IMG/VR virus record: IMGVR_UViG_2657245422_000003
Coordinates: 1 to 64,000 of that record
Reading direction: 5' to 3' (one strand)
From: an uncultured virus (IMG/VR IMGVR_UViG_2657245422_000003)
Lineage: Duplodnaviria > Heunggongvirae > Uroviricota > Caudoviricetes
Length of the DNA: 64,000 nucleotides
Shown piece by piece: positions 1 through 9,118 of the stretch. A model generated the notes under the pieces. It worked only from the letters and a program-made list of their open reading frames with translations. It had not been told where the DNA came from and did not search any database. The number at the start of each line of letters is the position of its first letter. The first letter of the stretch is position 1. The position numbers and the translations under genes were made by a program.

Positions 1-1128
1 TCATAAGGCCACCGTTGTCCACCCCTTCCCACGATCATCATGGTACCTATCCGTTTGTTGTTGAGTTTTATGTCCAAGTAAATCTTTCGTGTTTATACCT
101 TGGGCTTTATATAACCGCTCGGAAAGCGATCTTTGTTCATGGAAAGTTGCCGGTGTACCTTGTCCCCAGTCAATATCTGCACTGTCTCTTGCCTTGCTGA
201 AATTCATGGTCAGTGTTCTGGGTTTCACCTGTGCTCCTCGCTCAGCCTGTGAGGTGGTTCTAAAGAAATGAACCAAATAAGGGCTTACTGCATAATCCCG
301 GCAACGACTGATTACATCTCGGAGGCTCCAGTTGATTGCGTTGCAACGCAGAGCTAATGGTATAGCGATTTTGCTTCCGGTTTTCTCTTGCTCAACGTGT
401 AGATGATCGTCCCAGATGTCCGAGAATTTCATACGGGATATATCACCTAGTCGCTGTCCTGTTACTATGGCTAAAAGCATGGCGTTCCCCATGTATTTGT
501 GATTTTCATCGGCTATATCAAAAATCTTTTGCCATTCCTCAAGAGTGAGGCGCTGGCGAGTGATCTTTCTACGAGGTTGTTTAGTTGCTAGTGCAGGGTT
601 ATAACCAGGAGGTACTTCTCCCGCATGCTGAGCTTCTTTAAAAACATCTATTAGGACAGAGCGAATGACCTGAGCCATTCTGGGTTGTCCCTCCGCTAAA
701 TATTCATCAAGAATTTGCGCAACATCTCGAACATTGACAGCGGATATTAATTTCATTCCTACCCGTTCCTTAAGCAGAGATACTGGTTTTGCTTTTTGTT
801 TGATAGTGTTTTCTTTAATATCTCCGGACTTCAATCTTTCCTGCTGAATCTTCCAGTAACGTTCAAGCCAGGTGTTAGTTGATATTGATTTTCCTGAGCT
901 GGTGGAAATTCTGTCAGTGATTGCCATTATCTGGCGGGTTTGTTGTTCCGCCAGTCTTTTATTTGCTTCAATAGCTATTGCCGTGGCCTCTGCTTCGTCT
1001 GTTCCTAGACTATGAAACTTACCAGTTATCGGGTGCTTATAACGCCAGTATACTTTATTAACCTTTCTGCTGAAGAGCGGGTATAAATTTGGAATAGATA
1101 TATTATTTTTACGTGGTCTGGCAGCCAT
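1..1128 (-). CDS. int: Lambda-type tyrosine integrase
   Basis: 375 aa; N-terminal arm-binding region (MAARPRK...YWRYKHP), TGQRLGDI, FHEQRSLS, LLGHK and C-terminal Tyr (RYHDDRG). Confidence 0.95.
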   Translation of the reverse strand: MAARPRKNNISIPNLYPLFSRKVNKVYWRYKHPITGKFHSLGTDEAEATAIAIEANKRLAEQQTRQIMAITDRISTSSGKSISTNTWLERYWKIQQERLKSGDIKENTIKQKAKPVSLLKERVGMKLISAVNVRDVAQILDEYLAEGQPRMAQVIRSVLIDVFKEAQHAGEVPPGYNPALATKQPRRKITRQRLTLEEWQKIFDIADENHKYMGNAMLLAIVTGQRLGDISRMKFSDIWDDHLHVEQEKTGSKIAIPLALRCNAINWSLRDVISRCRDYAVSPYLVHFFRTTSQAERGAQVKPRTLTMNFSKARDSADIDWGQGTPATFHEQRSLSERLYKAQGINTKDLLGHKTQQQTDRYHDDRGKGWTTVAL

Positions 1129-1354
1129 CGTTCAAAATCCTCTGCAAAAGAACAGGGTCGCTTTTCTTTACTACAGGAGTGGTCAATGTACCGACCAACT
1201 CAGCATCCTCCCTGACGCGCCAGAATCGACCTTCTTTTTTGGCTGGGGGAGAAAACATATTCTGTTTAGCATAATTCCTGAGAGTGGAAACACTTGGAGG
1301 ATTGCTTCTGTATTTCTCGTTTGCCCACTCTTCAAGGGTTAACATCTGGAGCAT
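1109..1354 (-). CDS. xis: Excisionase
   Basis: MLQMLTLEEWA...PPAKKEGRFWRV, lambda Xis-like; overlaps int start; GAGG RBS before ATG 1354. Confidence 0.88.
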   Translation of the reverse strand: MLQMLTLEEWANEKYRSNPPSVSTLRNYAKQNMFSPPAKKEGRFWRVREDAELVGTLTTPVVKKSDPVLLQRILNDGCQTT

Positions 1355-1406
1355 ATGTTTTACCTCATCATGGCCCATTGCTGGGCCAGTATCTGAAAAT
1401 ACAAAA

Positions 1407-3545
1407 TCAGTTTTGAATCAATTTTTGCAGCACCTGATTGCCGGCAATTATTCGCTGCCAGATCGCTGATACATAGCGGGCCTGATGAATAGCATCAGCG
1501 AGGGCATTGTGACGAGACCCTTCAAACGGGATCGTTGTTTTGGGGTCGAAGCTAATGGCTTGGCCGAGCTCTACCATTGTTCGTACGTCCCGATCGTTCC
1601 AGTATTCCCACGGATAATCTTCAGCAATGCAATCGTAAGAAGAACGCAGAATAGAGTTGTCGAATGACGCACCGTTACCCCATACCTGCGCCTTTTTGCT
1701 CCCACCAGCGACATTATCAGAAACAAATTCTCTGAACTGGAGTAATGCATCCTGCAACGGGATAGCATCATCATTTACGATCGCAGAGCGTGCTTCGGAG
1801 GACTGCTTAAGCCACCAGATAACAGTAGATGGATCGATTACGGCGCCCCAGTTCACGGAGGATTCAAGGCATACGACTTTATAGAAACTTTCTCCAATAG
1901 AGCCGGTTGCCGGGTCAAAAACAACCGCACCAATAGCGACGATAGGGGCGTTATGTTTTTTACCCATGGTTTCCAGATCAACCATAACGTGAACATAATC
2001 AATTGGCTGATCTTCCTCCTTATTATGATGACCGGATTCAATATCTACAGAATCCGTTTGATGAACAACTTCATCTGTTTTTTCTTTTTGGTTAACCTTG
2101 CCCGTAACGTCAACAAGACCTTCAATGGAAAATACTCCGTCCCCAATTTTTGAAACTTCAGGCTGCCTGGTCTTGGTAAGTTCTTCGGTTACCCACTTCG
2201 GATCCGTAGGGTCGCTAACCCCTTCAACATATTCGCCGCGCTCGGCGGCCAGAACCTGATTAGCGTCCGGACGTTGCTTTTGAGCCTCTTTTACCAGTTC
2301 GGCACCAACTGCTTTAATGTCGGAGGAGAGTGTTTCCAGTTTTGCGCTGCTATCCTCTCCGGCGATTACTTGGTTTGTTGCATCCAGAGTGACTGCAGCA
2401 GATGGAATATGTCCCGCCTTGGTAAGCGTCTCAGCGCTCGGGGTATCATGCTTATGTTCAGTCAGATTCGCGTTGATGTAGCCACGTAACCGATCTGGAA
2501 AAGGAGTTATTCCACTGGATGCTTCCCTGATCAGTGCAAAAATCGCTGCACGGGAATAATCAAGGATGCCAGGTGTGCTCCGTAATGCTGCAGACCATTC
2601 TTTAAATGGACTTTCTTTCTTCTGTACTATTTCCTTCGCGCGGCGGTGGACTGATGCCGGAAAATTATAGATGTCAAAATCCATAGGCATCGTTGCAAGA
2701 GCGATCTCTATATCCAGAGTATCCAGCGAATGCTGATAATCCGGATTGCGGTCAGTTTTGTTACCGCCGCCAGCATTGGCGCCGGCATCGGTTTTGTTTA
2801 TTGAGGTGATATAGTTTCCAGCAGCCCATTCCTTTGTAAGGATCCCGCGGTCAATGTGCGACGTTTCAAGCCACAATTTGGCGAACTGAATTTGCTTGCC
2901 GAGCTCATGGCGTTTCCCCACAGGAAATACGCTCTTAAATGCACTGGTAAATTTCCACAGGCCAGGCATATCATATTTTTTAAGCTCCGGAATATTTTCT
3001 GCCGTCAGCAGCAGATTCTGCACACCGTGATTATCCGTATCCATTTCCATCGCTGAAAGGCGGTTACGATGAGGAATGCTAATGTGATACACGTGACGCT
3101 CGTCGGCCATATACTGGGCAAGCAGCTGCGTGCGGAATGACATTTCCGCCAGGTTGAAGAGTGCTTCTTCATTGTTCGAATAGTCCTCTTCATCGCTATT
3201 TGCAGGAGAGATATCGTTTTCTGGTTTACTGGAGGGCTGTGGTTCAGCAGCCGCTGGCGCAACGATTTTTTGCCATGTCAGCCCGTCTTCACCACCAAGC
3301 TCGTAACGATCGCACCAGGTGTCATCCAGTACACCTTCTTCCGGTAAGTCATCAACGATGAGCCAGTTGGTGCGGATCGGCAGCTGATGGCTGGCGCCGC
3401 GGCCAACGTTAATTTCAGCGTCTTCCAGGATGTCCAGGATTTTGCGCTCGGCGCGAGAATCGGATTTAGCAGAGAACCAGCAGAAGAGACTTTTCGCTTC
3501 GTTTGCTTTTGCCTTCGCTTTAATGAGATACGGGTAGTTGTTCAT
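1407..3545 (-). CDS. Exonuclease VIII/RecE-like N-terminus fused to a DEDDh 3'-5' exonuclease domain
   Basis: 712 aa; C-terminal HVMVDLETMG, WGNGASFD, HNALADA motifs; early-left position. Confidence 0.8.
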   Translation of the reverse strand: MNNYPYLIKAKAKANEAKSLFCWFSAKSDSRAERKILDILEDAEINVGRGASHQLPIRTNWLIVDDLPEEGVLDDTWCDRYELGGEDGLTWQKIVAPAAAEPQPSSKPENDISPANSDEEDYSNNEEALFNLAEMSFRTQLLAQYMADERHVYHISIPHRNRLSAMEMDTDNHGVQNLLLTAENIPELKKYDMPGLWKFTSAFKSVFPVGKRHELGKQIQFAKLWLETSHIDRGILTKEWAAGNYITSINKTDAGANAGGGNKTDRNPDYQHSLDTLDIEIALATMPMDFDIYNFPASVHRRAKEIVQKKESPFKEWSAALRSTPGILDYSRAAIFALIREASSGITPFPDRLRGYINANLTEHKHDTPSAETLTKAGHIPSAAVTLDATNQVIAGEDSSAKLETLSSDIKAVGAELVKEAQKQRPDANQVLAAERGEYVEGVSDPTDPKWVTEELTKTRQPEVSKIGDGVFSIEGLVDVTGKVNQKEKTDEVVHQTDSVDIESGHHNKEEDQPIDYVHVMVDLETMGKKHNAPIVAIGAVVFDPATGSIGESFYKVVCLESSVNWGAVIDPSTVIWWLKQSSEARSAIVNDDAIPLQDALLQFREFVSDNVAGGSKKAQVWGNGASFDNSILRSSYDCIAEDYPWEYWNDRDVRTMVELGQAISFDPKTTIPFEGSRHNALADAIHQARYVSAIWQRIIAGNQVLQKLIQN

Positions 3546-3686
3546 TGCGTTTGGGCTCCTTTGGATTGTAAGATACCCGGCAGCTGATGGCAGCCGCCCT
3601 GGTGGTGGTCATTGGTCAAAACTCGATTCCGGAAAGCTTTGGTCGGCTGACCGGGTACTTAACCCGCCTTGCGCGGGTTTTGTGCT

Positions 3687-4031
3687 TTATGGGGCTGGCG
3701 AATCGCCCCGCAGCAGCTGTGATACGCGAACGTCGTCAAGCGCTCGCAGGATAGGCTCAAAAGTTTTATGGGCTGGCAGTTTAGATACCGCAGTGATCAC
3801 TTCTGTAACGGTGATGTCATCGCCGCGGGGGCTATAACCACCACCTGGGCCACGCTGTGAAATAACCAGGTTACCCGCCCGCAGCTTTTTGAAGATCTGC
3901 TCAAGGTATGAAGTAGACAGCTTTGACTCTTTACTGATGGCCGTCAGTGAAACGGGCGAGCCGTCATAGAGCTTATTCAAAGTGGCGGCGGCCTGGACAG
4001 ATGCCAGAACGCGTTTCATTCCAAATTCCAT
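3687..4031 (-). CDS. Rrf2-family (IscR-like) winged-helix regulator
   Basis: SYLEQIFKKLRAGNLVISQRGPGGGY signature; no cysteines. Confidence 0.85.
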   Translation of the reverse strand: MEFGMKRVLASVQAAATLNKLYDGSPVSLTAISKESKLSTSYLEQIFKKLRAGNLVISQRGPGGGYSPRGDDITVTEVITAVSKLPAHKTFEPILRALDDVRVSQLLRGDSPAP

Positions 4032-4073
4032 AATCACTTCTCCGGCCGTAACGGCCATTGGTCAAAACTCGAT

Positions 4074-4268
4074 TCAAAAATTCACTGCAGGCTGTTGGTC
4101 GTCAGCCATTTTTTGTGCATTTCGGTAGGGGAGGCACTGGCCCTGTACTTTTTGTTCATCGGCGTTGCTGTTGCAACTGGCCTCTGATGGATAAACACCG
4201 ATCAGAACATCAGAGCATTCACCAGTGAGAGCACATACGCTGATGACAAGGGCAAACAGGGTATTCAT
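4074..4268 (-). CDS. Small prophage protein, DUF1482-like
   Basis: 64 aa, FALVISVC...C...GVY...C...C pattern. Confidence 0.65.
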   Translation of the reverse strand: MNTLFALVISVCALTGECSDVLIGVYPSEASCNSNADEQKVQGQCLPYRNAQKMADDQQPAVNF

Positions 4269-4387
4269 GCCTCAGCCTCAGGGTTTCCTTTCTGCGCAAG
4301 TAAGTAACACAGCTGGCGTAGTCTCACCTCGAACCAGTTCAGGCGGGTCGCCTGGTTCCCGGTAGGTACTCGGGCAAAATCCTTCAT
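4265..4387 (-). CDS. 40-aa early-left phage protein (below ORF-track cutoff)
   Basis: MKDFARVPTGNQATRLNWFEVRLRQLCYLLAQKGNPEAEA; GGAG RBS; stop overlaps next start (ATGA). Confidence 0.65.
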   Translation of the reverse strand: MKDFARVPTGNQATRLNWFEVRLRQLCYLLAQKGNPEAEA

Positions 4388-4657
4388 AGTTATCTCCAGT
4401 TAACTCAGTATTAGGATGTGGTTTTGCAATGCGGCGCCGGGTGCCTCCCGGTGACGGCAGCCAGTTAACAACTACCGCCGACAACTTTTTCCCCACAACA
4501 TGTGAATAACCGCCATGTTTATTTTTTAACTGTGCCGCGTGCGCATAGCCGCATTCACCGCATTGCAAAACCTACTAGTCGTGATGCCTGTCTTTTCACC
4601 ACTTCAGGCTCGGTGGTATTCTTGGCGCTCTCACACAGCCAAATAAAAGAGAGCAAA

Positions 4658-4972
4658 ATGTCTCGTAGCCCTATACCTGTCTTCTGGTACGAAAATCCCG
4701 CTCACTATGAAGAATTCCAAAAAATCCTTTCAGATGCTTACGTCCTTCCCTTTGACTACCACGACTGGCGTATCCGCACCGATAGCATGGTGGAGCGCTA
4801 CGAAAACAGCGGTATCCAGGCTGTGAAGGTGGTAGCCAGCACTTACGATTTCATCACCTGGTGCCAGGCCCATGGACGTGATATCAGTACCAAAAGCTGC
4901 AATGATTACGCGGTCTCCGAATCGGGCCTCCAAATCCTGCGCGACAGAGAGTTTGATTGGGGAGACGAGTAA
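4658..4972 (+). CDS. Hypothetical protein (counter-oriented, moron-like)
   Basis: 104-aa ORF from ATG 4658 with purine-rich leader; overlaps an antisense ORF (4730-5011). Confidence 0.45.
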   Translation: MSRSPIPVFWYENPAHYEEFQKILSDAYVLPFDYHDWRIRTDSMVERYENSGIQAVKVVASTYDFITWCQAHGRDISTKSCNDYAVSESGLQILRDREFDWGDE

Positions 4973-5292
4973 AAAGTAAATTTTCCCTATCTTGGATATA
5001 TCTATTCTCATAGTGATGTCCTATCTCATGCCTGTAACGCCGGCCGGCGGAACGTTTAAACCTGCTGCGAATTCTTCTGGTCGTCATCTCATCCGGTGTT
5101 TCGTATGCCGCCGGCAGCTACTTCGTGGGCTTCCTGCCTCGATGACGTCATAGGACGCAGATAGTATTATCGATATAAACTACATCTGTCAATTAAAACT
5201 GATGATTTAAATTTCAGAATTGGATGTGAGGTGGGGAGCAGACACAAAAAAACCGCCCGAAGGCGGCGCTGATGAAGGGGGGGAAGGCTGTT

Positions 5293-5682
5293 CTAGTCTT
5301 TCTTTCGTTTCATTAAATACTCGTTCATGAAAGCATCGAGTTCTTCCAGCCTTAACTGCATTAACCCGACGAATCTTTCTTGCTCCACTTGCGGAAGCTG
5401 ATCGTAAATTTCTATGAGCTTTTTAGTCTCCGGGGTAAGGACGTAGATATCTTCCGATCTTGGCTGCTGCAGCGTCTCTTCGTCTTCATCTGTCATGAAA
5501 AACCAATACAACGGTTTTCCTGTTATATCAGGAAGTTGCTCAAGCATTTCTTTTCTGGGAAGGATTCCAGCCTGACACCAGCCATTCACTGATTGGGATG
5601 TCGCACCGATCCTCCGCCCCAGTTCTGATTGAGACATTCCTATCTCATCTAAGACTCGTTGCAGTCGAACACCAAAGTTCAT
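5293..5682 (-). CDS. cI: Prophage repressor, XRE HTH, no S24 autoprotease domain
   Basis: MSQSELGRRIGATSQSVNGW HTH; ~129 aa; divergent from cro-like gene. Confidence 0.85.
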   Translation of the reverse strand: MNFGVRLQRVLDEIGMSQSELGRRIGATSQSVNGWCQAGILPRKEMLEQLPDITGKPLYWFFMTDEDEETLQQPRSEDIYVLTPETKKLIEIYDQLPQVEQERFVGLMQLRLEELDAFMNEYLMKRKKD

Positions 5683-5742
5683 CTTCATCCACCCAAACAA
5701 ACACATGAGAAAGATTATACAGATTTTTTCTTCAGGCCTCAT

Positions 5743-5800
5743 ATCGAATGATTTGACACTATCGAAATAAACTGATTAAACTGTAATTCAAATTTACAGT
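5743..5800 (+). promoter_or_regulatory. pR/oR-like region
   Basis: TTGACA (5753-5758), 18 bp, TAAACT (5777-5782); ATCGAAATAAACTGAT resembles ATCGATATAAACTACA at 5169 in the pL-side intergenic. Confidence 0.5.
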
Positions 5801-5817
5801 TCTTAGTGGAGCAGCGC

Positions 5818-6039
5818 ATGAAGCCATCACTTCAAAAAAAATTACTTGCCGTGTGTAGCCAATCGGAAATCGGACGGCGGCTTAATCGGCGAGCACAAAC
5901 AGTAAATGGTTGGTTCAAACATAAAGTTCCCGGCGAGTTGGTTCTGAAAGTCAGTAAGGCATTGGAGTGGAAAGTTACTCCGCATGAACTCAGACCAGAT
6001 CTCTACCCAAACCCAACGGATGGATTACCGAAGGAGTAA
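5818..6039 (+). CDS. cro: Cro-like (YdaS-type) regulator
   Basis: SQSEIGRRLNRRAQTVNGW HTH; C-terminal VTPHELRPDLYP motif. Confidence 0.85.
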   Translation: MKPSLQKKLLAVCSQSEIGRRLNRRAQTVNGWFKHKVPGELVLKVSKALEWKVTPHELRPDLYPNPTDGLPKE

Positions 6040-6041
6040 GT

Positions 6042-6596
6042 ATGCAAACCATCTCTTTTAAAAATCATAACCCGGTAATGGGCCTGCAACTGAACTCAGA
6101 AAATCAGTTTTCCGGTCTACGCCGGGCTCGGATGAAGAGTAGAGCAATTTTTGCTGCCGTTCAGGAATGGGAGTCGACTTTACCTGGACGTGCACAGGAC
6201 CACATCGCGCAGCTGGTGGATGAGCAATGGAGAAAACAAAACGGTCGCGGAATTAACGTCAATAAACAGAATCTGTACCGCTACCTGAAAAACGAATCCG
6301 GATCAGAGAAGTACACCAGCTACGTCATGAAGCTTTCAGGAGCGATCGCTGATGCGATGCCTATTGAGATTGCGCGCAAACACGGATTGAAACGTGGATT
6401 GACTGAAAGCGAGCTGGTGGCTCATGCAATCAAAGAGTGTAGCGAAGCGCACCAGGCAAAATTGCTTGGCGCTCCGTTACAAAAGTTAGAGCGTGAAATT
6501 CGGGAGGCAGCAATTGCACTTTTTAACATGCTTCCTGCAGATGCGGCGGGACCACTACTGGCGAGCATAAGCGCCGTAGCGCCACAGTTTTTTTGA
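6042..6596 (+). CDS. CII-position regulator (YdaT-like)
   Basis: 184 aa directly after cro; KECSEAHQAKLLGAP...REIREA helical C-terminus. Confidence 0.65.
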   Translation: MQTISFKNHNPVMGLQLNSENQFSGLRRARMKSRAIFAAVQEWESTLPGRAQDHIAQLVDEQWRKQNGRGINVNKQNLYRYLKNESGSEKYTSYVMKLSGAIADAMPIEIARKHGLKRGLTESELVAHAIKECSEAHQAKLLGAPLQKLEREIREAAIALFNMLPADAAGPLLASISAVAPQFF

Positions 6597-6640
6597 TCGA
6601 GTTTTGACAATGAGTACCGTACAGAAAATAGGGGGGCTTC

Positions 6641-7660
6641 ATGAGCATTGACGCAATGCGATGGGCCAAAAAAATCAAGACAGGGAAGTCCTCTGCAAAA
6701 GCGGTTCTGACCTGGATGGCCGACATGTGCGGAGCTGATCTCTGTGCTTTTCCATCCATTCCTGCGCTGGCAGAAGCAACTGAGCTGGATAAGAAAACGG
6801 TCCAGTCGAGCCTGCAGTATCTGGTTTCGATCGGGCTTATTGAAGATACAGGTGAACGGCGTGGAAAGACTAAACAAATCCCGGTTTACCGACTTCTTGG
6901 TGTGGAAGAAAGCGTTGCTGAAATTGAACACACCCAAAAACGGGAACATTACCAAAAACGGGATCGTTTAAACACACCCGAAAACGGGGTTGTTACAGCA
7001 GAAAAGGCGCCCGAAAACGGGACTGTTTCCTGTACGCAAAACAACCAAACAATCCCGTTTTTTCCGTCAAACGATCCCAAAAACGGGATCCGGAATCTAC
7101 CAGAGGAACCAAAAGATATAACCCCCACACATAGGGTTCTGGTCGAACCAGTTGTGCCGGCCTATCCGAATCAACCGGGAATAGTTCCTGGTGAAACACA
7201 ATCATTCGGAAAATTTGCGATGTATTTCGGGTGGAAACCTTCCGAAGATTTTTCCCGGCTGGCAACGATTTGGGGAATGCCATTAAGACCGGGGATAAAT
7301 CTTGCTGCCGAGTTGAGCAGTTTCATCGCGTACTGGCAGGCTGAAGGCAGGGTGTTTCACCAGGTCCAGTGGGAGCAAAAACTAGCAAGACATCTTAACC
7401 GTGCGGAAGTCCGCCAGAAAAAACCAGTGAACGGGGGTATCGATCATGTGGGAGTACGAGCAGAGCCAGCAGCATCCAGAGCTGTTCAACAGATTCGAGC
7501 CGCCCGTGAGCAACGGTTGCGAGTTGCAGGATCAGATGGCCGTAGAAACGGCATGGCGCCTATGGGAAGTGATGGGCGAAATCTTTTCGAACCGGTGGAT
7601 CCTGAAGAACGGAGAGGAACCATCAGAACTCTGGATCGCTCAGATTGGATCGATGAGTGA
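6641..7660 (+). CDS. Replication initiator (O-position): N-terminal HTH plus DnaT-like domain
   Basis: [32 protein letters not shown]...FIAYWQAEG...QWEQKLA; contains iterons. Confidence 0.85.
   Translation: MSIDAMRWAKKIKTGKSSAKAVLTWMADMCGADLCAFPSIPALAEATELDKKTVQSSLQYLVSIGLIEDTGERRGKTKQIPVYRLLGVEESVAEIEHTQKREHYQKRDRLNTPENGVVTAEKAPENGTVSCTQNNQTIPFFPSNDPKNGIRNLPEEPKDITPTHRVLVEPVVPAYPNQPGIVPGETQSFGKFAMYFGWKPSEDFSRLATIWGMPLRPGINLAAELSSFIAYWQAEGRVFHQVQWEQKLARHLNRAEVRQKKPVNGGIDHVGVRAEPAASRAVQQIRAAREQRLRVAGSDGRRNGMAPMGSDGRNLFEPVDPEERRGTIRTLDRSDWIDE
6933..7088 (+). repeat. Phage origin iterons
   Basis: CC(A/G)AAAACGGG copies at 6933, 6951, 6977, 7010, 7076 and an inverted TCCCGTTTTT at 7053, inside the initiator gene as in lambda O. 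Confidence 0.8.
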
Positions 7661-8117
7661 AGCCCAGATTACGCTGGTTTGCCGGCAGTGCATGGAACGT
7701 TGCGCCGCGGGCAGCACATGGCCGCCGGATCTCGCTGAGTTCGTCGCGCTGGTATCTGCTAGCGGTGCTAACCCGTTCAATCTGACATCCGATGCAGTGA
7801 TGGCGGAGTACAAACGCTGGAGAAACGAGTCTTACCGATATTCGGGAAGCGACAAATACCCATGGAAACAGGATGTTCTGTATCACATTTGCATTGAGAT
7901 GCGCAGAACTGGAGTTGAGAGGAACCTGACGGAGGGAGAGCTGAAAAAAATGGCAGAAAACTTACTCACGAAATGGACCAAGCACCTGGCTAACGGGTTT
8001 TCGATTCCGCCAATTCGTCAGCAGTTGGCAGCACCGAGACATCCAGCGGGACCGACGCCAGCACAGATTCTGATGGAAGAGTACAAACGCCGAAAGGCGG
8101 CAGGTTTAACCAAGTAA
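7536..8117 (+). CDS. Replication protein, P-position (start uncertain)
   Basis: Overlaps initiator end; WPPDLAEF motif; alternative starts 7446/7572/7653. Confidence 0.65.
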   Translation: MAVETAWRLWEVMGEIFSNRWILKNGEEPSELWIAQIGSMSEAQITLVCRQCMERCAAGSTWPPDLAEFVALVSASGANPFNLTSDAVMAEYKRWRNESYRYSGSDKYPWKQDVLYHICIEMRRTGVERNLTEGELKKMAENLLTKWTKHLANGFSIPPIRQQLAAPRHPAGPTPAQILMEEYKRRKAAGLTK

Positions 8118-8130
8118 ACGAGTTTTGACC

Positions 8131-8571
8131 ATGGCCAAACAATCAAAAAACAAAGTAACCAAAGCACAGATGGTGCTTGCCATCGTTAGCCGGACGCCAG
8201 AATGCGTCCTGCAGGATGTTTGCGATGCGCTGGACTTGCAAGCCAGTACAGCAGGTAACTTGCTACGGCAGCTACATGCCGAAGGAAAACTCAATCGTAC
8301 CCATAACGGCTGCCAGTATGTCTACCGGGTTGTTGCAGGCGTTGAGGTTACCGATGTTGCCCTGCCGCAGGCTACAATACAATTATCTGAAGAGGATGTG
8401 AAAAAAATCCAGGAAGCACTGTCCCTGGCTAAGACCCTGGAAGACAAAAAGCTGTGGCGCCGGGCTGCGACTGTTTACACATCGACGCTTGGGATGGCTA
8501 CAACAGCAAACGAACTCTGGTTGCTTGCCAAAATGCGTAACCGCTGCCTGCGCAATGCGGCGAAGTGCTGA
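8131..8571 (+). CDS. HTH plus PerC-like protein
   Basis: C-terminal AKTLEDKKLWRRAATVY...RNRCL resembles PerC family. Confidence 0.65.
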   Translation: MAKQSKNKVTKAQMVLAIVSRTPECVLQDVCDALDLQASTAGNLLRQLHAEGKLNRTHNGCQYVYRVVAGVEVTDVALPQATIQLSEEDVKKIQEALSLAKTLEDKKLWRRAATVYTSTLGMATTANELWLLAKMRNRCLRNAAKC

Positions 8572-8653
8572 TTATGCCTAAAATGGAATCAACAGCAGCT
8601 GGTGCGGGATGTCAAAGCTAAGTTTAAATATTCCGGGGTGAGGCAAAGCTGAG

Positions 8654-8682
8654 ATGTCCGCTGAGTGCCAGAAGCTGACGTT
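8654..8682. repeat. Hairpin repeat, B orientation
   Basis: ATGTCCGCT-GAGTGCCAGA-AGCTGAC-GTT. Confidence 0.75.
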
Positions 8683-9118
8683 GCAACAATGTCTGTTGAC
8701 GATTTCTGCTGGCTCTACGCAAATGTGAAGCAGCGAAAACCAAAAATCATCGGTCGTATTGGTGCATTAAAGTTGATGTTGCTGTGCTGTCCAGTAAGTT
8801 AACTGAAGTAAGATCTTATCAGTCAACACAAGCGAACCTGTTTGAGCAATACCAATGAAAGTGTTTATTACGCGCATTAATTCAATCTTGCATCCACCAG
8901 TTAGAGATCGATGATTTAATTTGTAAAAGGAGGAATACATGATTAAAGACTAAATAAATGAGTCTATTCAGTAGGTTAGCTTTTTTATGACTAATCGATA
9001 AGTTAGCTGGCGTATAATAACGGAAGTAAAAAGTCACCACGTTTTTATGAAATAAGAATCATCTTAATTTATTGGATTTTTGCTTTTAAAAAAGTTATAA
9101 AAGGTCATACCCCCTTAA

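Noticed and set aside
4730..5011. 93-aa minus-strand ORF
   Set aside because: Largely antisense to 4658-4972 with no recognisable motif; cannot decide between them, so only one is kept at low confidence.
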